Part shown: positions 12,019 to 24,080 of the stretch, piece after piece | Numbering within the stretch: the first letter of the stretch is position 1 | Layout: the number at the start of each line of letters is the position of its first letter | NCBI RefSeq assembly: GCF_006345805.1 | Contig: NC_043025.1 | Location: forward strand, 7,750,001-7,814,000 | DNA length: 64,000 nucleotides | Source of the DNA: Octopus sinensis | Taxonomy: Eukaryota | Reading direction: 5' to 3' | The notes under the pieces: model-generated | What the model was told of the DNA's origin: nothing | Database searches by the model: none | Seen by the model: only the letters and a program-made list of their open reading frames with translations | Position numbers and translations under genes: made by a program

Positions 12019-13673
12019 AACGCTGCCCTAACCACTAAGCCATGCACCTTCGCTTCAGTCCAGTGATTTAAACAAGTAAAGGATAAGATAATCTTAGTCG
12101 TCATTAGAATCATTGCCATTGTGAAAGTCATCTTCGTCGTGGTAATTATCATCATCGTCTGTCGATTACAATTTGCGCTTGTGTTGCGCACAATGGACAA
12201 ACACTAATCTTATTCGCTTATTAATGTCCTAATTTATAAATGTCCACTTGTCACTGTTGCATCATAAATTAGATAAATGGAGCTCCTGTTCTAATTGATA
12301 ATTAAAGTCAACTGATAAATGTTTATCTCATTCTAATTATGTTTTGATGTCGTCTCAACGCATAGGCATAGTTGTGTAATAAGACGTCTGCTTCGCAGCA
12401 GCATGGTTCCAGGTTCAGTCCCACTGCAGAGCACACTTTGAGCAAGCATGACCAAAGCCTTGTGAGTGGCTTTGGTAGACAGAAACTGAAAGAAGCCCGT
12501 CGTATATATACACATATATATATATATATATGTAAAAAGCACGTAAAAAGCACCCACTACACTCGCGGAGTGGTTGGCGTTAGGAAGGGCATCTAGCCAT
12601 AGAAACTCTGTCAGATCAGACTGGAGCCTGGAGCAGCCCCTGGCTTCCCAGACCCCGGTCGAACCGTCCAACCCGTGCTAGCGCGGAAAACGGACGTTAA
12701 ACGATGATGATGATGATGATATATTAACTGGTGTTGTTCAAGCGATGAATAGCTTCGCGTAAACTATTGGTTCGTTTTGTTCTCTTACTTTATTATCATC
12801 TTTTAATCATCTCATAATAATGACCTTTATGACTCGTATTACTACCCCAGTCAATCTCAATGTATATATTTGTCGTTACCTGTCATAAATAGCCTTTTTC
12901 TATTTGCAATATGCATTTTCGTTGATTTTTTATATTTTACCCTTACATTTCCATGTGTATTTTATATTTTCTTTTTGTAACATATTTCTACTATATATAT
13001 ATAATATATACATATATTAGAAGAAATGGGGTAATCAGAAGATCGGATGGTTTATATTTACAGATATTTATTTATATATTACATTTTTTACATATATATC
13101 ATATCACTTAGATCATTAGCGCTTTCTCCCATTCTAGTGGGGTTTTCAAATCAAAATAAGTTCCTTTGTGGGGAATTTTAATCATTTTATAGAGTTTCGT
13201 AGTGGTGGGGAGGAATATAAGACAGTACAAGAGGGTGAGGTGGATGAGGAGAAAGTGAGAGAGAGAACATGTGTGTATACACACACACACACACACAGGC
13301 ACACACTGCACACAACACACACACACAACATATACATACACACACACACACACATACTTCAAACTACCAGTTAAACAACCTTTCTACTGACCATTCTCCT
13401 ATGCACATTTGAAGGGAGACCCACAAATGACAGCCACTCCTACCAACAATTCTTACTATAAATTCTTCCTACAACAATAAGTCAGGCGAGGCGATTTGCT
13501 TGACTAAAGGCGGTGCTCCAGCATGGTCGCAGTCAAATGGCTGAAACAACTAAAAGAGTAAAGAAATATATCCCTGATGAAGAGGATTGCCTACGAGAGC
13601 CCTTGGTCTAGAGTTACATAAAAAGCACTTGTGCCAGCACTGTGTTCAATTGCTTGCACTGGTGGGTCATTAA

Positions 13674-14278
13674 CCCTTTAGCATTCAAACTGGCCATATC
13701 TGGCCAAAATATTTAACCTGTTTTATATTGAAACTGACCAGATCTCGCCTCTCACCTCAGCCCTACCATGTCATTCTAAAACTAAAATAATCACATCACT
13801 GAAATCTCTAAACTACAAGATAATGCATGATTAATTCAGAACAATATAAACTTATTGTTGTATTTCGGAATGGTCATTTTGCCAGTTTAGCCAATAAAAA
13901 CACATGCACGATATATTTGGTGTTACTTTGCTTCAGTGTTATTTATTTTTTACTTTAATCTTAATCTTTATTGGCTAAACTGGCAATATGACAATTCTGA
14001 AATATAACAATATCTGTTTCAACACACGACTTCACATAAAAAAATCTTGCACAACAAATATTTAATCGTACTAATATAAACTTAGATATGTTTCGACCAA
14101 AGATTGGTCCAGGCCATGTCTAACTTAATAGCACTACCTGATAGGATTATTTGAATCCTGTTTAAGTCAAGTTTTGTTTATGGTCCATTCAAGTAGTGAG
14201 TTTTTGTTGGGTGAGTTGTATCCAATTATGGGTGGCTTAATAAACATCATTTGACAGAATAATCTGAACACTAAAGGG
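13674..14278. mobile_element. piggyBac-like MITE (TTAA-flanked) interrupted by an approximately 390-bp insertion
   Basis: ttaa|ccctttagcattcaaa ... tctgaacactaaaggg|ttaa; unrelated sequence at about 13852-14240. Confidence 0.65.
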
Positions 14279-15265
14279 TTAAAAGTACCCGACACACACT
14301 GTAAAGTGGTTGGCGTTAGGAAGAGCATCCGGCAGCTGCAGAAACCAGGCCACATCAGACTGGAATCTGGTGCAGCTCTCATCAACCTGTCCAACCCATA
14401 CCAGCATGGAAATGGACATTAAAGGATAATGATGGTGATGATATATATATGTGTCTTGGTTATTAGACTGCGGTCATATTGGGACACCACCTTAGAGAAA
14501 TTTTTTAGTCAAATGAATTGACCTCAGCACTTCGTTTCTGAAAGCCTGGTACTTAATCTATCAGTCTCTTTTGCTGAACTGTTAAGTTATGGGATGTAAA
14601 CACACTGGCACTGGTTGTCAAGTAGTAGTGAGGGGCAAACACAGACACAAAGATACGCACACACACACACACACACACACACAACACATACACAATGGGC
14701 TTCTTTCAGTTTCCATCTACCAAAATAACTCACAAGGCTTTGGTCTGCCTGAGACTATGGTAGAAGACACTTGCCCGAGGTGTCACACAGTGGGACTGAA
14801 CCCGGAACCATGTGGCTTGGAAGCAAGCTTCTTACCACACAGCCACATCTCATGTGTTCTAAGCCAGCAGATTGCTTGGAGACGCAGGTCATGTTATACA
14901 AATTTGCCGAATGTCAGTGTCTCCATGGCAAGAAACTATTCATAACTCTTGTTTTAAAGACTGTGTACATTAAGTGATATTTATCTCTCACAGTAAACTA
15001 TATATAAATGGATGGTGTTAGCTGTGGTAGTGGTGAAGAAGAGTGTGATGGTTGTTGCTGATTATGTGAGGTCAGTCATGAGTAAACAAACCTATGATCA
15101 AAGCCATTCCACTTGTGATCATCCCATTCTATCAGTTCATATATCTAACAAACATTTATGGCTGTTTCTATCTAAAGCCTGACAGCAGTTTTATTTCTTC
15201 TCCTTAATTGTAAGGCTTCAAAGAATTAAAGAGATGTGCATATAATATATTATAATCAAAATAAG

Positions 15266-15495
15266 AAAATAAGCAACAAGAATATCTTCACTAATTTGGT
15301 ACGATCGTTTCACGCTACATCATTTTATTAAACATTGTAAGTATTACAACAGTTTTAAAATGCTGAGCAACAGTTTTAAAATGTTGATGATTGCTCAACA
15401 TTTTAAAACTGTTGTAATACTTACAATGTTTGATAAAATGATGTAGCATGAAACGATCGTACCAAATTACCGAAGATATTCTTGTTGCTTATTTT
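15266..15495. repeat. Foldback palindrome, 105-bp arms (about 5 mismatches), 20-bp spacer
   Basis: 15266-15370 is the reverse complement of 15391-15495. Confidence 0.9.
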
Positions 15496-15519
15496 GATTT
15501 TATATATATGTATGTGTGT

Positions 15520-15722
15520 GTGTGTGACCGCGTGTGTACCGTTGGCGATTTTTTTTTTCTCCATCTTCCCTTCTCTGGATCCTTCCTTTTCCTCTGTTTC
15601 TGATGAAGAGCTCCGCTCGAAACGTTAAACCCTCCTTCTTCCCTTCCTTCCTGAGCGTCCAATAATACTATATTTGTTCCATGTCCTCACATTGTTGTGT
15701 TTTCATGTTTGGATTAACTATA
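15520..15722 (+). mobile_element. Family F short repeat (Penelope-like terminal fragment) with hammerhead-like core at 15596-15630
   Basis: gttt-ctgatga-a-gagc-tcc-gctc-gaaac-gtt-aaac; other copies near 18990-19175, 23900-24080 (-) and 31310-31520. Confidence 0.7.
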
Positions 15723-16004
15723 TATATAGTAGGCGCGGGCATGGCTGTGTGGTTAGGGAGCTTGCTTCCTAGCTACATGGTTTCGGGTTCAGTCCCACTG
15801 CATGGCACTTTGGGTAGGTGTCTTCCACTACAGCCCCGAGCCGACCGGAGCTTTGTGATTGAATTCGGTAGGTGGAAGTTACTGCCGTGTGTGTATGTGT
15901 GCGTTTAGCTGCTCAGTGCCTCTCCGAAAGAGAGAGAGAGAGAGGGGATATATATATAAAAAAAACCATGTGTTGAGTTTTATTTTCCTATTTTTATTAC
16001 TAAA

Positions 16005-16042
<38 letters not shown>

Positions 16043-16704
16043 TATATGATCAAACAGATTCCAATTAGAGTTGGGTTTGTTGGTCTGCATTAGTAAGGTT
16101 TCTACTATATAGCAAAATCGATAAAAAAACCCACAAACTGTGGTGAACTTCTGTGAACAATGTCCTTCTTCCGAGAAAAGTTGAAAGCAAACAAATTTAC
16201 AAGAAACTTCCTCTGTATGTAGACTTATCAAACATTTAAATATATACATACGCATACCCATAGATACTGACAGACAGACAAACACACCCACACACACAAT
16301 AAATAAATGCGTGTAATTTATTTTCATGACAACTTGATATACCTGCTAGCTTTTCTATTCATTACTTTTTCAATCTAAATTTGTTGAAATTAATGAAATA
16401 CCAAGATTAAACGTTCTTGAAGCTAAATCCCGTATCAGGTTTTATTTATTTTTCAGTGGTGGTGGTCTTGTGATGTTGGTGGTGATGTTGGTATTATAGC
16501 AAATGTGATGATGATTGTGATAATGAAGGTGTGGCCGTTGGTGGTTGTGGTGGTGGTAGGTGTTGTGGTTGTTGTTAGTTGTACTTGTTATAGTGTTGGT
16601 GGTAGTTGTTTAGGTGAGTGCGCTACAACCTATTTTCATTTGCCGTACACCTATGTTGTTTTCAAAATTCGGTGTCACACCTGAATTAAAAATATAACTA
16701 AAAG

Positions 16705-16934
16705 TACTCTCTTACTCTTTTACTCTCTTTACTCTTTTACTTGTTTCAGTCATTTGACTGCGGCCATACTGGAGCACCGCCTTTAGTCGAGTAACTCGAC
16801 CCCTGGACTTATTCATTTTGTAAGCCCAGTACTTATTCTATCGGTCTCTTTTGCCGAACCGCTAAGTAACAGGGACATAAACACACCAGCATCGGTTCTC
16901 ATGCAATGCTAGGGGGACAAACACAGACACACAA

Positions 16935-16967
<33 letters not shown>

Positions 16968-17139
16968 CATATATATGACGGGCTTCTTTCAGTTTCCGTC
17001 TACCAAATCCACTCACAAGGCTTTGATCAGCCCGAGGCTATAGTAGAAAACACTTGCCTAAGGTGCCACGAAGTGGGACTGAACCTGGGACCATGTGGTT
17101 GGTAAACAAGCTACTTACCACACAGCCACTCCTGCGCCT
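16705..17139 (-). mobile_element. Family A SINE, full length
   Basis: (tactctt)n tail through ...cagccactcctgcgcct. Confidence 0.9.
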
Positions 17140-17727
17140 ACAGGGAATAAAAATTATATTCTGGTTACACTGCCACACACCTAGCATCGTCTCGCGGCAC
17201 ACCAGTGTGCCACAGCATGCTGGTTGTGGAGCACTGTTCTATTAGTATCACTGTGTCACCATACAAACAATTAGCTCCCACAATGACTATTATAACTAAT
17301 ATTCTTTTCTACTCTAGGCACCAGGCTTGAAATTTTGTGGGAGTGGGCCCAGTAGATTAGATCAATCCCAGTACACAACTGGTACTTAATTTATCGTTCC
17401 TGAAAAGATAAAAAGCAAAGTCGACCTCGGCAGAATTTGAACTCAGAATGTAAAGACAGATGAAATAGCACTAAGCATTTTGCCCGGTGTGCTAACATTT
17501 CTACCAGCTTGCCGCCTTTATTCTTTTCTATGCTAGGTACAAGGCCGGAAATTTTGGGGGAAGAGGCCAGTTGGCGGAATAACTACTATAATAACTAGTA
17601 ACTACTGGGGCTCCTACTACTAACTATTCTAGTCTCCACAACTGCAACTACCACTACATAAATAGTTAGCTACCATAATAACTATTATAACAAGTATTAA
17701 CTACTAAAAGTACAACAATAAATATCA

Positions 17728-18220
17728 TTCCGTCTACCAAATCCACTCACAAGGCTTTCGTCGGTCCGAGGCTATAGCAGAAGACACTTGCCCAAGGTGC
17801 CACGCAGCGGGACTGAACCCAGAACCATGTGGTTGGTAAGCAAGCTACTTGCCACACAGCCACTCCTGCGCCTGTGTTATTCATTTATATTATGATAGAT
17901 AGATAAATAGATATGTATATGTCTTAATGATAGGCTTCAACCAAACCCACGATCAATTTGCTCAAGGTGCCATGCAGTGGGACTGAACCCGTAACCATGT
18001 GGTTGGTAAGCAAGATACTTACCACACAGCCACTCCTGCGCCTATATACATATATACGACAGGCTTCTTTCAGTTTCCGTCTACCAAATCCACTCACAAC
18101 GCTTTGGTCGGCCTGGGGCTATAGTAGAAGACACTTGCCCAAGGTGCCACGCAGTGGGACTGAACCCAGAACCATGTGGTTGGTAAGCAAGGTACTTACC
18201 ACACAGCCACTCCTGCGCCT
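17728..18220 (-). mobile_element. Three family A head/CORE modules clustered
   Basis: Three copies of ...gcagtgggactgaacc...accacacagccactcctgcgcct ending at about 17873, 18042 and 18220. Confidence 0.8.
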
Positions 18221-19302
18221 ATATATGATTGTTATCGTAATCATTAGCATTTTAAGTCCATTTCTCGCATGTCAGTTGTTTCGTGTCGGGTTATCAAATG
18301 TAAAGTTTCCCTTTCTAGGCATTGGTTAATCCATCACTATGGTACAAGACAGTTGCCAAGGTGTCCCACAGCGGAATCCTATGGGGAGGCCTGCGGTTGC
18401 AAAGCAAGATTGTTAATCACGCAGCAAGGCTTAAATGCCGAGAGCAGAAACGATTGCTGCTAAACCAATACAACTGAGACGTGGTAAACATCGACTGACA
18501 TTTCTTGTTAATTGACAAGAGACAACGTACTTGCAGCTATAATAATAACACTTGGCAGGAGATGAAACCCCACAAGAAATGGTGATATTTCTAGATGCCA
18601 GTCACACACACACACTCACACATATACTCTTTTACTTGTTTCAGTCATTTGACTGCGGCCATGCTGGAGCACCGCCTTTAGCCGAGCAAATCGACCCCAG
18701 GACTTATTCTTTGGAAGCCCAGTACTTATTCTATCGGTCTCTTTTGCCGAACCGCTAAGTGACGGGGACGTAAACACACCAGCATCGGTTGTCAAGCAAT
18801 GCTAGGGGGACAAACACAGGCACACACACACACTCTCGGAGTGGTTGGCGTTAGGAAGGGCATCCAGCTGTAGAAACACTGCCAGATCTGACTGGACTGG
18901 TGCAGCTTTCGGGCTCCCCAGACCCCAGTTGAACCGTCCAACCCATGCTAGCATGGAAAGCGGACGTTAAATGATGATGATGATATATATAGTATTTTCC
19001 TCTGTCTTCCCTTCTCTGGATCTTTCCTTCTGCTATGTTTCCGACGAAGAGCTCCGCTTGAAATGTCAAACCCTCCTTTTTCCCTTCTTTCCTGAGCGTC
19101 CAATAATACTTTATTTGTTCCACGTCCTCGCGTTGTTGTGGTTTTTTTTGTGCTTTCTTGTTTGGATTAACTTTATGTATATATGCATGTATGTATGTAT
19201 GAATGAATGCATGTATATATATATATATATATGCAGAGAGAAAGAACGAGATAGAAACAGACATAAAAGTAGATATCTTTAGGTGTTGAACCATAGTGAC
19301 AA

Positions 19303-19505
19303 TACTCTTTTACTCTTTTACTTCTTTCAGTCATTTGACTGTGGCCATGCTGGATCACCGCCTTTAGTTGAGCAAATCGACCCCGGGACTTATTCTTTGT
19401 AAGCCCAGTACTTATTCTATCGGTCTCTTTTGCCAAACCGCTAAGTGACGGGGACGTAAACACACCAGCATCGGTTGTCAAGCAATGCTAGGGAGACAAA
19501 CACAG

Positions 19506-19540
<35 letters not shown>

Positions 19541-19715
19541 TATATATACATATATACAACAGGCTTCTTTCAGTTTCTGCCTACCAAATCCACTCACAAG
19601 GCATTGGTCGGCCCGGGGCTATAGTAGAAGACATTTGCTCAAGGTGCCATGCAGTGGGACTGAACCCGGAACCATGTGGTTAGTTAGCAAGCTACTTACC
19701 ACACAGCCACTCCTG
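19303..19715 (-). mobile_element. Family A SINE
   Basis: Tail-to-head match to the family consensus. Confidence 0.85.
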
Positions 19716-20034
19716 GGAAGATATGCGGAATCCACTTGTTATTTATGAATGTTTTGTAACTTGGAGCTTCATTATTCTGAGCTGACCTTTATTCTAGTAA
19801 GGTTGAACATATTAAAGGATTCATGGTTAACGGCAATTCCATTAATTACATATATTAATATTGCATGATTGTCTTCGTGGGTTAACCTTATTATGCTAGG
19901 GTGACAGTTAATTAATGGTTTCTAGTTTTGGGAGGATCTGTTGCATATATATATATTTATATATATATAGGTCCCGGGTTGAGTCGGGGTTAACCACAGT
20001 CAATAAGGTACTCAATACATAGCAGAGTAAATTA

Positions 20035-20165
20035 ATTTATTTTATAGAAGGAGCTTCTACAGGACTAGAACTGTTTCATTCAAAAGAAATCATCAGGAAG
20101 CTCCTGATGATTTCTTTTGAATGAAACAGTTCTAGTCCTGTAGAAGCTCCTTCTATAAAATAAAT
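20035..20165. repeat. Perfect foldback palindrome, 64-bp arms, 3-nt loop (agc)
   Basis: 20035-20098 is the exact reverse complement of 20102-20165. Confidence 0.95.
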
Positions 20166-21260
20166 ATTTATATATATATATATATATTTGTGCTGAGTTT
20201 TTATTTGAGAAAACATTCCTCGTGGAAAATAGCGATTTGATGTCTATATCTAGCATATTGACCATCCACTTTTAGTGGTCAGTCCTTTAAATTTTGTTTG
20301 TAAAAATATTTTAATCTTTGGATTTTTTTAATATGTTAGGCCACTGGTTTTAATTAGTTAATATCAATTTCTACCCTTATTCAATTTTATATATATATAT
20401 ATGAGTTATACGTTCTTGTCCATGTTGTATTTTTCTACATACCTTAACATATATTCCAGGCGCCCCGTACCCCCTTTATCTTTAATGTGAACACATATTC
20501 TTAATAATTGGTACGACTCTCTGTTTGTCTCTCTCTCTCTCTCATTTTTACATTCTCTCTATTCATCTTCTCTTTCCTCTGATCCTTTGGTCTAGTCTTC
20601 CACTACCCTCCTATTTCTTTGTCTCGCTCTGCACTCACAGGTCATTCTTCGACACCCATCCCTTCTCCTCTCTGATTCCTTCTTTCTCTCTCTTCTCTCT
20701 CTTTGTTGCGTTTGTCCCCCTTTTCTCTCTCTCTCTTCCTTTGCTTCTCTTTCTTTTCTTTTCCCTCTTCTCTGTCACGTGACTGTTTGCCGAAATCTGC
20801 CTTTCAGCTCCTGACCCTCGTCGTGTTAACATCGTTGTTCTTCGTCCGCCGCTATAAAGGCTTTTTCCAATGCGCCAGAGAAAAAATTTGTTTGCTTGTT
20901 ATCAGTCGTAAGACACTTGTTGTTTTCACCGTTAATGCTTCTGTATTTCATGTTTCTGTATTCCATTATTGTTTTTTGTTTTTTTTATATCTGTCCCTTT
21001 TGCTGTCCTGGTGTTCGTATGCATTCGATCCTTCTTCCAGGAAATCTACGCTTCCAGCTTAGTTTTTCTTGGAGGGCTGGCCGTGATCTAGTAATCTCAA
21101 GATTAATCAGCCGAAATTACTACGATGATCCGGTTCTTGACTGAAGACTGAGGGGTTCGAATGTCCTGTCCATGTTTATTGTATCGTCTTCTATGAGTTA
21201 TACGTTCTTGTCCATGTTGTATTTTTCTACATACCTTAATATATATATATATATATATAT

Positions 21261-21535
21261 GGAGGCGCAATGGCCGTGTGGTTAGGGCAGCAGACTCGTG
21301 GTCGTAGGATCGTGGTTTCGATTCCCAGACCGGGCGTTGTGAGTGTTTATTGAGCGAAAACACCTAAAGCTCCACGAGGCTCTTTCGCCACAACTTTCTC
21401 TCACTCTTTCTTCTGTTGGCCTGCTCGCTTAGCCAGCGGGGTGGCGTCATTTGAAGGCTAAAACAATGCGAAGCGCATTGCGACCAGCAATGTGTAGCAA
21501 CATCTGATACCCTAATCGGTCATGTGATGTGATAT
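21261..21535 (+). mobile_element. Family B SINE, tail type B3, internally deleted
   Basis: B head followed by ...ggtggcgtcatttgaaggctaaaacaatgcg...cggtcatgtgat. Confidence 0.75.
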
Positions 21536-21564
21536 ATATATGATGGGCCGTTAGCTCCTACACG

Positions 21565-21745
21565 CATAATTTTCTCGCCTTGTTTCTCTCCTTGTTTTTT
21601 TCTGTGTATCTTTCTGTTGAAGAGCGTAGGCTCGAAAAGTAAAAGACTTATTCTATTTCTATTCCTGAGCGCCATACTAATACAATTGTTTGTTTGTACT
21701 CCACCTGCCTTCGTCTTTTGTTTATTTTCGTAAACTTGCCCTTTA
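21565..21745 (+). mobile_element. Family G short repeat with hammerhead-like core at 21609-21646
   Basis: tcttt-ctgttga-a-gagc-gtag-gctc-gaaaa-gta-aaaga. Confidence 0.65.
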
Positions 21746-22135
21746 TATATATATATATATAAACACACCACATATATATATGTATAATTATATATATATA
21801 TATATTATATATATATATACTAACACACACACACACATATATATGTATTATATATAATATACACACACACACACATATATATATGTATATACATATATAT
21901 ATACACACACACACACATATATATGTATATACATATATATATTACGCACACACACACAATATATATGTATATATATATATACACAACACACACACATATA
22001 TATATGTATATATATATATATACATATATATATGCACACACACACACATATATATGTATATATATATATATACATATATATACACACACACATAATATAT
22101 ATATATATATATATACATATATATACACACACCAC

Positions 22136-22172
<37 letters not shown>

Positions 22173-22175
22173 TAT

Positions 22176-22220
<45 letters not shown>

Positions 22221-22227
22221 CATACAC

Positions 22228-22258
<31 letters not shown>

Positions 22259-22611
22259 AAGCAGGTAAATTCAATAGCCCAGATAAGCAAAGGATACCTT
22301 ATCAGTTGACCTCCGCCTCTTGATTTTGATCTGCTGTATGACTCATGTCTGCCTAATTTCTAGTCATGAATGGCTACAAGTGAGTCATTTCCATTATCAG
22401 ATAATATTATCATATCCAGTAGTGAGGCCTTAAATCATTTGCAATCCCTGACTTATAAGACTTGTGGCATTTCCATACCTCCTCCACCTGACTCGGGTGT
22501 CACTCTTCATCTCCTCACTTGACTATGTTTTCTTATTCATGAGCCTACTAACTTCCTCCCAGAACCTCACCTATATATATATACATCATTTTTTAAAACA
22601 ACACACACACA

Positions 22612-22811
22612 TGGCACAGGAGTGGCTGTGTGGTAAGTAGCTTGCTAACCAACCACATGGTTCCGGGTTCAGTCCCACTGCGTGGCACCTTGGGCAAGTG
22701 TCTTCTGCTATAGCCCCCGGCCAACCAATCTTGTGAGTGGATTTGGTAGACGGAAAACTGAAAGAAGCCTGTCGTATATATATGTATAATATATATATAT
22801 CTATATATATA

Positions 22812-22844
<33 letters not shown>

Positions 22845-23095
22845 CATACATACATACATATATATATATATATATGTATGTGTGTTTGTGTGTCTGTGTT
22901 TGTCCCCCTAGCATTGCTTGACAACTGAGGCTGGTGTGTTTACGCCCCCGTCACTTAGCGGTTCGGCAAAAGAGACGATAGAATAAGTACTGGGCTTACA
23001 AAGAATAAGTCCCGGGGTCGATTTGCTCGACTAAAGGCGGTGCTCCAGCATGGCCGCAGTCAAATGACTGAAACAAGTAAAAGAGTAAAAGAGAG
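22612..23095 (+). mobile_element. Family A SINE, full length
   Basis: Head, CORE, (AT)n and tail all present. Confidence 0.88.
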
Positions 23096-23554
23096 TACAT
23101 ATACATATACATTTGACTTGGTGGTCTATTTCTAGCAATTTAAGTGACCATGTAGAGACTCCTTCATTGATTTGACACTTCTTCAACTCATCACTGACTA
23201 TTTGTTTATTAAGCAAAGTCATTGGCAATAATTTGTTTTGCTCTATCAATATTTTGACATTTAACAAAGTAATTTCAGTAAGAAGACCAGTCTGTGTGTC
23301 ATGCGTTAAGTAAGCAAAGTATTGTATATTATATAAACAAAATTAGTCAAAGGATGAATAAAGCGAAAGGTCAAGAAGCTTGTTTCCCAACCATGTGGGC
23401 ACGGGTTCACTCCCACTGCATGGCATCTAGGGCAAGTGGCTTCTGGTATAACCCTGGGTCAGCAAATTTTTTGTGGGTGGATTTGAAAGATAGAAAATGA
23501 AAGAAGCTTATGGTTTGTGTGTGTAATATATATAATATATATAATATATATATC

Positions 23555-23601
<47 letters not shown>

Positions 23602-23603
23602 GT

Positions 23604-23897
23604 GGAGGCGCAATGGCCCAGTGGTTAGGGGAGCGGACTCGCGGTCGTAGGATCGCGGTTTCGATTCCCAGACCGGGCGTTGTGAGTGTTTATTGAGCGA
23701 AAACACCTAAAAGCTCCACGAGGCTCCATCAGGGGGTGGTGGTGATCGCTGCTGTACTCTTTCACCACAACTTTCTTCCACTCTTTCTTCTGCTGGTCTG
23801 CTCGCTCAGCCAGCGGCGTGGCGTCATTTGAAACAATGTGAACGCATTGTGACCAGTGATGTGTAACTACATCTGATGGACTGGTCGGTCACGTGAT
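23604..23897 (+). mobile_element. Family B SINE, tail type B3
   Basis: ggaggcgcaatggcccagtgg...ggtcggtcacgtgat. Confidence 0.8.
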
Positions 23898-23899
23898 AT

Positions 23900-24080
23900 A
23901 TAAAGTTAATCCAAACATGAAAACACAAAGAGAAAACACAACAACGCAAGGACGTGGAACAAATATAGTATTATTGGACGCTCAGGAAGGAAGGGAAGAA
24001 GGAGGGTTTTACGTTTCGAGCGGAGCTCTTCGTCAGAAACATAGGAAAAGGAAAGATCCAGAGAAGGGAAGACGGAGGAA
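23900..24080 (-). mobile_element. Family F repeat with hammerhead-like core at 24006-24040
   Basis: Reverse complement reads gttt-ctgacga-a-gagc-tcc-gctc-gaaac-gta-aaac. Confidence 0.7.

Noticed and set aside
13571-13600. ctgatgaagaggattgcctacgagag as a hammerhead
   Set aside because: GAAA is missing and there is no helix I or III partner.
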